Of a DNA stretch of 64,000 bases, positions 12,974-25,788 are shown piece by piece. The notes under the pieces were generated by a model. It was given only the letters and a program-made list of their open reading frames with translations. It ran no database searches and had not been told where the DNA came from. A program made the position numbers and the translations under genes. Origin of the DNA: Octopus sinensis (taxonomy: Eukaryota); NCBI RefSeq assembly GCF_006345805.1, contig NC_043019.1, positions 15,003,360 through 15,067,359 on the forward strand. Direction: 5' to 3'. Positions within the stretch are counted from its first letter, which is position 1; every line of letters starts with the position of its first letter.

Positions 12974-13168
12974 ATATGTTTGTGTGTCTGTGTTTATTCC
13001 CCTAGCATTGCTTGACAACCGATACTGGTGTGTTTACGTCCCCGTCACTTAGCGTACTGGGCTTACAAAAAGAATAAGTCCCGGGGTCGAGTTGCTCGAC
13101 TAAAGGCGGTGCTCCAGCATGGCCGCAGTCAAATGACTGAAACAAGTAAAAGAGAGTAAAAGAGAGTA
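12768..13168 (+). mobile_element. SINE family B, full length
   Basis: GGCGCAGGAGTGGC head through GAAACAAGTAAAAGAGAGTAAAAGAGAGTAAA tail. Confidence 0.9.
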
Positions 13169-13729
13169 AATCAAAAAAAGGTCCTTTTGAAAACCATCAA
13201 GCACTTATGCATCTATTAAGGGCTGAAGGATGCCACTCACAGTTTGCGTTCGGCCACTGAACTCAACTTGTAGTTAAACACCACAATGGATGGAATGATG
13301 AAACGCCTGACAGCAAAATGAGTTCAGAATCTATTACATTATTAGTTATCTAAATTCCAATTTCTCAATAACCACAGTTCGTTTCAAGCTTCATTATCAT
13401 AAAAATTCTTAACAGAATGAAACAGTTTGTTATGAAGATATATGAATTTATGCATTGAAGTCGAAGTAAGTTATATAGTTCTTCTGTGGGTCCTGTTAGT
13501 TGTTATGGTTGCTATTAAGACAGCAAGGAAATTCTGACACATGCATATGCACATACATGCACAGACATGCATATGAACATACGCTCACACATGCATGTGG
13601 ACGGACATAAATGTAAGTAAAAAAAATGTTCAAAGAAAAAGCAGAAAGTCTGGGAATAGCTATTTTGATGTTTCGTAAATGGTATTTGAGTATAGTTTTA
13701 TATACATACACATATATATATATATATAT

Positions 13730-13764
<35 letters not shown>

Positions 13765-13889
13765 ATGCATACATACATTTTCAATGTATATACGAATGTA
13801 TGTATGTATCTGTATGTACATAAGTGCACGTACGTATGTACACTGTCCCTCTATATATATGTATGTGTATGTGTGTATGTGTACATACA

Positions 13890-13934
<45 letters not shown>

Positions 13935-14096
13935 CACACATACACACACATATATATATATGTATATATGTATGCATATATATATATATATATTCATAAA
14001 TGAGGGTGAAAAATTAGATATTAATTTAATAATACCATCAGTTTAACACCAAGTGGCCTAGCACATAAAAGCCAGGGAGACAGTACAATCTATATA

Positions 14097-14358
<262 letters not shown>

Positions 14359-14979
14359 TATGTACATACATAAATCTTTAGTTAGTTTTAGACATTATGG
14401 CCAAGGCTGTGTTAGGGTAACCAACACCCTCAAATGTGGGTGTGTGTGTGTATAAATATATATATAGGTGCATATGCTTCTACATTTATGCATAAATGCT
14501 AATATATATGCATGCATATATACATAATGCATGAACAAAGTACACATACATACATACATACATACATACATACATACATACATACATACATACATACATA
14601 CATAGACATACATACATACATACATACATACAGATAGACAGACAGATAGACAGACATTCATACACACATGGGCATAAAGTTTTTCTCAAGTTTAAAATGT
14701 GGATTTGTTTTAGTTAACTACATTCCAATGGTGAAAGTTTTGTATCTTTATTAAAAAAACAAATCTTTCATCTGAGTAAAAATGCAAATAATTAAAAGCA
14801 GGGGAAAATATACATAGGTGCAGGTGTGGCCGTGTGCTAAGAAGCTTGCTTCCCAACCACATGGTTCCTGGTTCAGTCCCACTGCAGGACACCTTGGGCA
14901 AGTGTCTTTTCTACTATAGCTTTGTGTTTATCAGAGCCTTGTGAGTGGATCTGATAGACAGAAACTGAAATAAACCTGT

Positions 14980-15015
<36 letters not shown>

Positions 15016-15052
15016 ATATATATATAATATATATATATATATAAATATATAA

Positions 15053-15107
<55 letters not shown>

Positions 15108-15117
15108 TATATATATG

Positions 15118-15168
<51 letters not shown>

Positions 15169-15231
15169 GTATGTATATATATATGTTTATGTGTGTGTGT
15201 CTTTGTGTCTGAAGGGATTAGTGATTTATCT

Positions 15232-15757
15232 ACCTTCCTACTTACTAAGACTAGTTTTTTCTAGGTTACCTCTAAGGCCCTTCGATTCTAGACCTTGCTT
15301 CCATGTCTGAAAATTCTCTAGTTCCAGTTGTGATTCAGCTATAAGAGCAAGGTCATCATCATAGAGGAGCTCCTGGGGGTAGGCTATCTTGAATTCCTCT
15401 GTTATTGCCTGAAGGACTATGATGAACAAGAGGGGTGCTGAGGACTGATCCTTGGTGAACTCCTGCTTGTACCATGAATGCTTCGCTGAACTCATTGCCA
15501 ACCCTCATTTTACTGACAGCGTCCCTGTACATGGCTTGTGCACCTCTCACCAATCACTTGTCTATCCCTAATCTCAGCATTGACTACCAGATAAGGAATC
15601 AGAAGACCCTGTCAAAGGCTTTCTCCAAGGCAGCAAAAGCCAAGTACAGAGGTTTATCTTTGGCTATGTATTTCTTCTGCAGCTGCCTTACCAGAAATAT
15701 AGCATCAGTGGTACTCCTCCCTGGCACAAAGCCAAATGGCATCCTAATTAGACTAAC
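15232..15757 (-). pseudogene. Decayed reverse transcriptase fragment of an RTE-clade LINE
   Basis: Frameshifted pieces [46 protein letters not shown](T)PL, LFIIVLQA..LLYDDDLALIAES match non-LTR RT domains (YADD-like motif decayed). Confidence 0.9.
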
Positions 15758-15789
15758 TACCATGTATGTGTATATATAATATATATATA

Positions 15790-15824
<35 letters not shown>

Positions 15825-15873
15825 CTAACATACATACATACATACATACATACATACAAACTTATATATATAC

Positions 15874-15927
<54 letters not shown>

Positions 15928-16016
15928 ACCATATCAGACTGTGGATGATTAAATTACAAAAGTTATTATAGTCCATTGTTGTGTCATTTAAAATATTTTG
16001 TTCCTTACAAACACAC

Positions 16017-16065
<49 letters not shown>

Positions 16066-16332
16066 AATACATATATATGTATGTATATATAGATACACAC
16101 ACATAGATACACAGACACACACACAGATACACAGACACACACACACACACACACATTCATATGCAGTTAAGCCTAAGTCTAGTCACAGAGTAACCAATGG
16201 ATGCAAAACCATTGGTCACTCTATGACTGGACGTAGACTTAACTACATGTAAATACATTACTGCTCTATGCTTTAGAATGTGCTTCTTTTCCTGATCTAG
16301 GATACATTGACAATATATATATATATATACAT

Positions 16333-16363
<31 letters not shown>

Positions 16364-16612
16364 TATATATATTTAGGTAGATAGATAGTTTTGCCAAGGG
16401 CAAAACAACCTTGATAGTGTTTGTGTCATGACAACTACAGCTATTAGATATAATTCTGTTTTTGGAGTGGTGAATCTTGAAGCAAATAAGGCTATCAAGA
16501 ATAGTGTGCTAGTATTGGGTTGCAGGTTGAAGTTGAAGGCTGCTGATGGGACTGTAACCCTTGCCTTCTGGAAACATGACAGCCTTAGGCAAGTTTTCTG
16601 TTCAAAGGCTTG

Positions 16613-16785
16613 TTAATCCTTTAGCATTTAATCCAACCATATCTGGCTGAAATAGTCTACTAGTTTAAGTTCAAACTGGCAAGATCCAGCCTTTCACACT
16701 TGCCCTACAATGTCATTCTAGAACTAAACAATTACATCATCGAAATGAAGAAGCTATGAGATGATGTATGTAAAATTCATTAGAA
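16613..16785 (+). mobile_element. 5' part of a piggyBac-like MITE (same family as 62237-63737)
   Basis: TTAATCCTTTAGCATTT start and body similar to 62237-62460. Confidence 0.7.
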
Positions 16786-16796
16786 CATTATAAAAA

Positions 16797-17191
16797 TACT
16801 AGCAGTATCACCCGGCGTTGCTCGGGTTTGTTTTGACCCTTTAGAATTGGAATTTTTGAAAAGTAAACATTTTGCATTATGTAGCTTGTTATTCTCTTTA
16901 AGTGAACATTTTTCTGGTTGAAATACACCGAAAAATGGCAACACAGCAATAAAAAAATCGTAAAAAATATGGATTTTCATAGAGAAAAAGCACCTTTTTG
17001 ATGTAAATAATTGTTGGTGTTAACATGGTCCGATTTGAATTTTTTCTTCTACGGAAGGAAGAGCAAGCCTTCTTCTATCATACTCTCAATTTTGGTCAAC
17101 TTGCGCCGCAGCGTCTCGGAGGAGATTGTGTTAGTTGAAGGCTACCAAACCTGCCATACACAGACAACTTCAGCTTTATATTTATAGAGAT
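16797..17191 (+). mobile_element. Helentron/Helitron-like non-autonomous element
   Basis: 5' TACTAGCAGTATCACCCGGCGTTGCTCGGG with small hairpin; 3' ..CAGCTTTATATTTATAGAGAT end; no TSD. Class inferred from terminal layout. Confidence 0.5.
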
Positions 17192-17812
17192 TCCTTGTGA
17201 AATAACTTCTTTCTACAGATCTCTTGCCGCTGCTGCCGTTTAGCTCAATGGCCTCCTTGATTGGATACACTTATGATCAAAAGTGATCCAGCCATGCCCA
17301 TCCTGTCTTATTACGGTTATCTTGGACCATATATCCAATATAAGTTTTTTCGGAAGATTTTAAGGAAGATTCGCTTGCTGTTTCTAGCTGTTCTAACGAC
17401 CACATAGAGGCTATTACGTCGCGTGTGTTGATTCTACTTGTCGGTCGACTTGACCTTTTCTCATTCTGGAGTAAAAAAAAAAGCAAGAAACACCAGTCAA
17501 GTGCTGGGATTGACGGTAATAGAGAAAGTACTCTTTCTTTCTCTCTTTCTATTTCCTCAAAATTGCTGGCTTCATGCCTAAATCAAAAATAATTCTACTG
17601 GAATGGTATGGGCAATGAGCTGGCAGAATCGTTGGAGCGTTGGAAGGAGTCCTTTACGGTATTCGTTCCGAGTATTTAAATTCTGACCGAGCTTAGTCAA
17701 GTACTATTCGATCGTTGGTATTAACTTACCACGCACCTCTACTATTACGAATAGTTAAAAAAATTTCACAAATGTTGTCATTATTACACAACGTTAAATC
17801 GAAGGCGGCGAG

Positions 17813-18385
17813 CTGGCAGAATCGTTAACACGTCGGGCGAAACGCTTAGCGGTATTTCGTCTGTCTTTATGTTCTGAGTTCAAATTCCGCCGAGATCGAC
17901 TTTGCCTTTCATCCTTTCGGGGTCGATAAATTAAGTACCAGTTACGTACTGGGGTCGATGTAATCGACTTAATCCCTTTGTCTGTCCTTGTTTGTCCCCT
18001 CTATGTTTAGCCCTTTTTGGACAATAAAGAAATAAGAATCGTTAACACGCCGGGTGAAACGCTTAGCGACACTTCATTCATCTTTATGCCGAGGTCGACT
18101 TTGCCTTTCATCCTTTCGGAGGCCGATAAAGTAAATACCAGTTGCGTACTGGGGGTCGATCTAATTGACTAGCCCCTCCCCCAAAATTTCGGGCCTTGTG
18201 CCTAGAATAGAAAATAATCGTTAGCACGCCCGGCAAAATGCTTAGCGGCATTTCATCCGTCTTTACGTTTTATGGTCAAATGCCACCAGGTTCCACCTTA
18301 TCTCTCATCCTTTCGGGGTTGATAAAATAAGTACCATTTGAGCACTGGGGTCGATTTAATCGACCTAGCCCCTTGTGCCAAAATT
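17813..18385 (+). mobile_element. Chain of three SINE family A copies (head GGCGGCGAGCTGGCAGAATCGTTA, box-B-like GAGTTCAAATTCC)
   Basis: Copies start at about 17813, 18037 and 18216 and share the body GGTCGACTTTGCCTTTCATCCTTTCGGGGTCGATAAA. Confidence 0.85.
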
Positions 18386-18611
18386 CGGAACCAAGTATAT
18401 TATATTTTTAATGCCGTTTTGCTATTGGCCAAGGGAAGTAACCTTTTTCTAGGTTTCCTCCCTTTATCTTACATATTCTTTTTTTCCTACCTTTATTTTC
18501 TTCCCAAAACGTGTCTTAGGATATGTAAGCTCGAAGCCTGCCCACAAAGATTTCGTCTTTTCGTCTCTCCTGGATCGATAACATAAACACACAAATAATG
18601 AAGGAATAGTT

Positions 18612-18913
18612 GGTACTACTAGCGAACAGTGGTCCCGGTGCGCGCACTCGCGCATCCGCGCCAGCTAGTCGTAAGTAGTCGATCCTACAACGACTTGCGC
18701 GAATGTTTGTATTTCAAAGCAAAGTGAATAATATTTTTCGAACAAAGTAAATAAAACGCAAAGTAAATAATTTTTTAACCTAAGTAAATTATTTTTATGA
18801 ACAAACTAAGGTTAGGGTTAGGGTTAAAAAGTCGTTTTAGGATCGACTACTTACGACTAGCTAGCACGGATGCGCGATTGCGCGCACCGGGACCACTGTT
18901 CGCTAGTAGTACC
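18612..18913. mobile_element. Mutator-like MITE with 9-bp target-site duplication
   Basis: About 83-bp GC-rich TIRs starting GGTACTACTAGCGAACAGTGG, 4 mismatches. Direct repeat GGAATAGTT at 18603-18611 and 18914-18922. Confidence 0.85.
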
Positions 18914-19377
18914 GGAATAGTTGTATGGTGAAAATGATCGCTTCGCAAGCGTGAGGAATATTTTGGATGACAGACTTTGCGTGTTACGTTGGGCAAATCA
19001 CCTTCTAATGTAGCCTCGCGGGTTGCTTAATGCTTTGTGCGTGGCCTTGGTCGATAGAAATTGTGCAGAAGCCCGCAATACATTTATATATGGACACATA
19101 AATGTGTATGTGTGTTTGTGAGAGAAAGACCAGCACATCGTTGTAATAAGAATAACCGGTTCCTTCGAATTAAAAATCCCTCGTGATATTTCTTCCGCTT
19201 GAATGGCATAACCTTCTCCCTTGTCGATGTCGTCGTCGTAACGACGTTATTCTTCAAAATACGCGACATATATGTAACTCACGGACGAATTAGTTACATA
19301 AAACATTGGAGTTTGATTAATCGATCGAATCCTTCCCTGTTGTATCCATGTCGGCCCTGATGGACATGTATCTAATA

Positions 19378-19616
19378 TATTTCTCTACTACCCACAAGGG
19401 GCTAAACACAGAGGGGACAAACAAGGACAGACAAACGGGTTAAGTCGATTACATCGACCCCAGTGCGTAACTGGTACTTAATTTATCGACCCACGAAAGG
19501 ATGAAAGGCAAAGTCGACCTCGGCGGAATTTGAATTCAGAACGTAGCGGCAGACGAAATACGGCTACGCATTTCGCCCGGCGTGCTAACGTTTCTGCCAG
19601 CTCGCCGCCTTATAAC
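19378..19616 (-). mobile_element. SINE family A, full length, with 18-bp TSD
   Basis: ATGGACATGTATCTAATA at 19360-19377 and 19617-19634. Confidence 0.9.
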
Positions 19617-19935
19617 ATGGACATGTATCTAATAGTTGATGGAAGGCACTCCAACCATGACCATTCCAAAAGTTTTCTGGCCTAACGTACGTTAAATTCT
19701 ATAATCCAGTGTTTGGCTTATTTATTTATTTATTTACTTATTTATTTATATGATGGCGTTGGATCTGATAGAAGTTTGGCTGCCATTTCTAACAGATCGA
19801 GTGACCATGTAAAGGTTTTCCCTTGGATGTCTTAACGTATTTATGTTATTCTTTAAACTCCAGGTCACTCCAGATCGAACAGACCTGTGCTCAGAGGCGA
19901 TCCAACTGTGACTACTCCGCCTTATGATTATGACT

Positions 19936-20149
19936 ATTATTATTATTATTATTATTATTATCATTACTACTACCCCCCCCCCCCCCCACCACCACTACTA
20001 CTATTACTACTACTACTACTACCACCACCACCACCACCACCACCACCACCCCCACCACTACTACTACTACTACTACAACTACTACCACCACCACCACCAC
20101 CACCACCACCACCACTACTACTACTACTACCACCACCACCACCACCGCC

Positions 20150-20193
<44 letters not shown>

Positions 20194-20488
20194 AACTACT
20201 ACCACCACCACCACCCCCACCACCACTACTACTACTACTACCACCCCCACCCCCACCCCCACCCCCACCACCACTACTACTACTACTACTACAAATACTA
20301 CCACCACCACCACCACCACCACCACCACTACCACCACCACCGCAACCACTACCACCACCACCACCACTACCACCACCACCACCACTACCACCACCACCAC
20401 CACTACCACCACCACCACCACCACTACTACTACTACTACTCCTACCACCACCACCACCACTACTACTACTTCAACTACTAGCACCACC

Positions 20489-20547
<59 letters not shown>

Positions 20548-20590
20548 CATCATCATCGTCGTCGTCGTTGTTGTTGTTGTTATTATTTAC
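19936..20590. repeat. Compound (CAC)n/(TAC)n microsatellite
   Basis: Direct inspection; source of the poly-P/L, poly-V and poly-H/Y ORFs. Confidence 0.95.
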
Positions 20591-22169
20591 TCTAAACTCA
20601 AGTGATATGTATTTTGAGGGAAATCTGGCTATTCTGTCTAGCAGACCGAGCAACTACAAAGTCCGACAAGATCCAGTCGCATACTAATTAAAAAAGATGT
20701 TGTTAATTATCTAATGAGCTTATCGTTCGAGTTGTATTTATCCCGTCGTTCATCTTTGTCTTGTTTCGGTCTGCGGCCATGCTGGGGCACCGCGTTGAAA
20801 GGTTTAGTTGAACAAGTCGCCCCCCCGTAGTGAATTTTGTTCATAAAGTCTGGTACTTATTTTATCGGTTACTTTCGTCGCACTGCTAGGTTACAAGGAT
20901 GCAAACAAACCAACACCGGCTGGTGGTTGTGGACAAACATACATGCGTCCGTATGTATGTATGTATGTATGTATGTATGAGTGTGTGTTTAAGTTGTATG
21001 TGTGTGTATGTATGTATGTGTGTATGTATGTATGTATGTATGTATGTATGTATGTATCTATGTGTGTATGTTTGTATGTATGTATGTGTGTATGTATGTA
21101 TGTATATATGTATGCATGTATGTGTGTATGTATGTATGTATATATGTATGTATGTATGCCTGTATGTATGTATGTATGTAGGTTTGTAAGTAGGTATGTA
21201 TGTATCTATGTGTGTATGTATGTATGTATGTATGTATGTATTTATATATGAGTGTGTGTTTATGTAGAATTCTTTCACTTTCCTTATACCAAATCCACTC
21301 ACAGGGCTTTGGTTAGCCCATCACTATAGAAGGAGAGACTTGCCCAAGGTACAACCAAGTGGGACTGAACCTGGAACCATGTGGTTAGTTGTGAAGCAAA
21401 CTTCTTACCGCACAGCGACGCAAAAAAAAGACCCCAAAACAAGCAAAAAACCTCCCAAAACCTAAATAAATAAAAATAAATAAAATAAACAGTCTGAATT
21501 TGAGGGAAATTGTTTGCTATTTCTAGCGTTTAGCGGCTCGAACAATGTCTCGTGTATCTATATATTCTTTCTTAACTCCAAATCAGTTCAGATCCAGTAG
21601 ACCTATTATAATCAGACGCATTCCAGCCGTGACCATCCGTATGATTTTTAAGTATAGCAGGTCGTGATTCGATGGCAATTTCACTGCTATTTCTAGCTTT
21701 TGGAGCGGTGCTATTCTTCCTCTCTCGTTGTCTCGTTACATAACGTGTGGACAGTGAAACCTGGATCCGTCGTATCGTGGCTAAGTCCGAGAGATTTGGC
21801 TCCGTAGTATTACTACGTCACAGTAACGACACAACGGTAGCACATGAGACAAAACATGTTACTATATTTTATATATAATCACAGAAACAGATCGTTAAGA
21901 CATTAATTAATTACTTCTTCACCATATGTTTATTTCCAGAGTTAATTATGTGAAATTTCCGTGGAGTGATTTTTGATTTTTTTTATTAATCACCAGCTGA
22001 AAATTTGAAGTTGTCTCCCCTGCCTGATTTGCACTGACTGAAATGTTCTTTTCTACTCTGGGCACAAGGCCTGAAATTTGTTGGGGAGTGGGGGTCAGTT
22101 GTTTGAATCAACCCCCAGTACGCAACTGGTACTTAATTTATCATTGGAATTTCAACATCAGCAACAGGG

Positions 22170-22326
22170 TATGTATGTATGTATGAATGTTTGTATGTAT
22201 GTATGGATGTATGTATGGATGTATGTATGAATGTTTGTATGTATGTATGGATGTATGTATGAATGTATGTATGTATGTATGTATGTATGTGTGTGTGTTT
22301 ATGTTGTATGTATGTATGCATGTATG

Positions 22327-22360
<34 letters not shown>

Positions 22361-22646
22361 TGTATGTATGTATGTATGTACGTATGTATGTATGTATGCA
22401 TGTATGTATGTATGAATGTATGTATGTATGTATGTATGTATGTGTGTGTGTTTATGTTGTATGTATGTATGCATGTATGTATATATGTATGTATGTAGTA
22501 TGTATGTATGTATGTATGTATGTATGTATGTACGTATGTATGTATGTATGCCTGTATGTATGCATGTATGTATATATGTATGTATGCATGTATGTATGTA
22601 TGAATGTATGTATGTATGTATGTATGTATGTATGTATGCATGTATG

Positions 22647-22680
<34 letters not shown>

Positions 22681-22774
22681 TGTATGTATGTATGAATGTA
22701 TGTATGTATGTATGTATGTATGTATGTATGTATGTATGCATGTATGTATATATGTATGTATGTATGTATGCATG

Positions 22775-22808
<34 letters not shown>

Positions 22809-22998
22809 TGCCTGTATGTATGTATGTATGTATGTATGCATGTATGTATATATGTATGTATGCATGTATGTATGTATGAATGTATGTATGTATGTATGTA
22901 TGTATGTATGTATGTATGTATGTATGTATGTATGTATGCATGTATGTATATATGTATGTATGTATGTATGCATGTATATATGTATGTATGTATGTATG

Positions 22999-23032
<34 letters not shown>

Positions 23033-23210
23033 TGTATGTATGCTGTATGTATGTATGTATGTATGTATGTATGTATGTATGTATATATGTATATATGTAT
23101 GTATGAATGTATGTATGTATGTGTGTGTGTATGTATGTATGTATGTATGTATGTATGTATGTATGTATGTATTATATATGTATGTATGTATGTATGTATG
23201 CCTGTATGTA

Positions 23211-23241
<31 letters not shown>

Positions 23242-23332
23242 GTATGTATGTATGTATGTATGAATGTATGTATGTATGTATGTATGTATGTATGTATGCC
23301 TGTATGTATGTGTGTGTGTATGTATGTATGTA
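22170..23332. repeat. About 1.16-kb (TATG)n microsatellite
   Basis: Direct inspection; source of the 474-aa and 401-aa pseudo-ORFs. Confidence 0.95.
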
Positions 23333-24009
23333 TAACATGATTGCACAGGGTTTCAGCCTACCAAATCCACTCACATGGCCGTGGGTCGGTCCGGAGCCAT
23401 AACAGGGGAAACTGGCCCAAGGTATTACCCTGCGGGACTGAATCCGAACCCGAAACCCCACGGTCGCAAAGCGAGCTTCGTAGCACCACAGCCGCGCCTG
23501 CTCCTGTTGCACAATGTGGCGGTGGATTCTCTCTGCAGAGGCGAAAAAAAAAAACAAAAAAAAACGGGATGGTCACAGCTGGAACGCCTTTGGTCATAGG
23601 TTAACGCAAGAAAGGCTGATCCGAGATTAAACAATAGCATCCGCAGCGGCCACAGCAATAACAGCAACAACAATAACGAGTCACTGTGTGGTTGCTTGAC
23701 CTGCTAGAAAGAGCAGTCAAACGTTTTGCTAATCGTACCCAACCGTTTACCGTTTGAAAGAAAGAAAGAACGCATACGATAATGTAGTCTTAGATATACA
23801 GTGCTTGAATAAAATATGGGATGGTCACGACTGGAACGCTTTTGTTCATAGATTTGCTCGAACATGATCGAACAACATCAGCAGCAAAAACATGGAGAAT
23901 CTGCACAAGCGATTTCACAAGACTCTATGTGGTCGATGGAGCTGTTAGAAACAGCAGTCAAATCTTCCTTTAAATCACACTTTACGAAAAGTCATACTGG
24001 ATAATGTAG

Positions 24010-24250
24010 TCCAAAATAAGTCCAAAATACCCGTAACAAGTCGAAAATACCTTTACTGAGTCCCAAATACCCGAAATCAGTCCAAAATACCCGTAATAAG
24101 TCCCTAATGCCCTCAATAAGTTCAAAATACTCTTAATAATGCCCGTAATAAGTCTAAAATACCTTTAATAAGTCCCAAATATCCGTAACAAGTCCCAAAT
24201 GTCCGTAATAAGCCCCAAAATGCCCTTAAGTCTCAAGTACCCTTAATAAG
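24010..24250. repeat. About 20-bp minisatellite (TAATAAGTCCCAAATACCCG-like, about 12 units) inside a dispersed repeat
   Basis: Repeated AAGTCC(C/A)AAAT(A/G)CC units follow GATAATGTAGTCC; the uninterrupted copy at about 23780-23830 lacks them. Confidence 0.8.
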
Positions 24251-24902
24251 ACAGAATGGTCACGGCTGGAGCACCCTTGATCATAGGTCTTCTCAATCAA
24301 AGCGGGCATCGAGTTAAACTGCAGCAGCAGCAGCAGCAACAGCAACAACAACAACAACAACAACATACGCAGTGTTTCCGTTCATGAAGAGAAAGCTTCC
24401 GAGTAGTCGTTCAAAGTGCTAGAAATAACAGCCAACTCTCACCTCTCGCCAAAATTAACATCTGACAGTCTTGAAAAGGGCATGGAATGCTTTCTATCTC
24501 GTGTTCGTTCAGTCTTGGCTGACCTGAAGCTAAACATTAACAGCTTAATTAATTGTCTGTCCAATTTTAATTAACTATCAGTTAATTAACAGATAGTTTA
24601 TTTTTATTTTGAATTATCTCCCTTCTTTTAGCATTTGTTCTTAGTTCTTCTTTCTCCTCCTCTTTTTTTTTTCAGCAGCGTTCACCAATGCTCAGCTCAT
24701 TTAGATAGAGTCATTAGTCTTCATTAATTAATGATATCGTTCTGGCTTCATTACGAATATCATCCCTTAATCTACTAATTATATATACATAGAAGACTTG
24801 TTGAAAACAATGACCTTGGGCAAGTGTCATCTACTATAGCCCCGGGCTGACCCCTACCTTGTGCGTCGTAGAGCGGAGATGGAAACTAAAAGAAGCCCGT
24901 AT

Positions 24903-24978
<76 letters not shown>

Positions 24979-25492
24979 ATCAAAATAAGCAACAAGGATA
25001 TCCAAGGTAGAGTGGTACAATTGTTTCATGCTACTTTATTTTATTAAACACTGTAAAAATTTAGATTCATCTGTATCTAAATTTTGCTGAACTTATATAC
25101 TCTTTACTCTTTACTCTTTTACTTGTTTCAGTCATTTGACTGCGGCCATGCTGGAGCACCACCTTTTAGTACTTATTCTATCGGTCTCTTTTTGCCGAAC
25201 CGCTAAGTGACGGGGACCTAAATACACCAGCATCGGTTGTCAAGCAATGCTAGGGGGACAAACACAGACACACAAACACACGCATACATATATATATATA
25301 CATATATACGACAGGCTTCTTTCAGTTTCCGTCTACCAATCCACTCACAAGGCATTGGTCGGCCCGGGGCTATAGCAGAAGACACTTGCCCAAGATGCCA
25401 CGTAGTGGGACTGAACCCGCAACCGTGTGGTTGGTTAGCAAGCTACATATATATATATATATATATAATATATATATATATATATTATATAT

Positions 25493-25747
25493 ATTCTATA
25501 GAAAATAAAGGGAATTCTCGAACGCAGGATGGCTGTGACGTCAGTTTAGAAAATCGAGTAATCACCCTTTCGAAAACAGGGAAAAAGTGGCCTGTAACCA
25601 TTTGCAGAGAATCAGAGGTACGGAGTTCGATCCTTTGAAGAGGTTGGCTTACCGCTTTTTTCTGTCTTCTGAAAGGTATTTACTAGATTTTCTAAGCTCT
25701 CTTCACAACCACCCTGCGTTCGAGAATTCTTTTATTTTCTGTAGAAT
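25493..25747. repeat. (TA)n-flanked element with imperfect ~100-bp inverted arms
   Basis: ATTCTATAGAAAATAAAGGGAATTCTCGAACGCAGG versus reverse complement ATTCTACAGAAAATAAAAGAATTCTCGAACGCAGG; similarity decays inward. Confidence 0.8.
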
Positions 25748-25755
25748 ACCAGCTT

Positions 25756-25788
<33 letters not shown>

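Noticed and set aside
18811-18826. Interstitial telomere (GGTTAG repeats)
   Set aside because: Fewer than three units, inside a MITE.
19887-20687. 266-aa Pro/Leu, 214-aa Val and 185-aa His/Tyr ORFs
   Set aside because: Translations of a (CAC/TAC)n microsatellite open in several frames; no unique coding content.
22133-23557. 474-aa and 401-aa HTYI-repeat ORFs, and similar MYVC/YLSI ORFs elsewhere
   Set aside because: Tetranucleotide microsatellites lacking stop codons.
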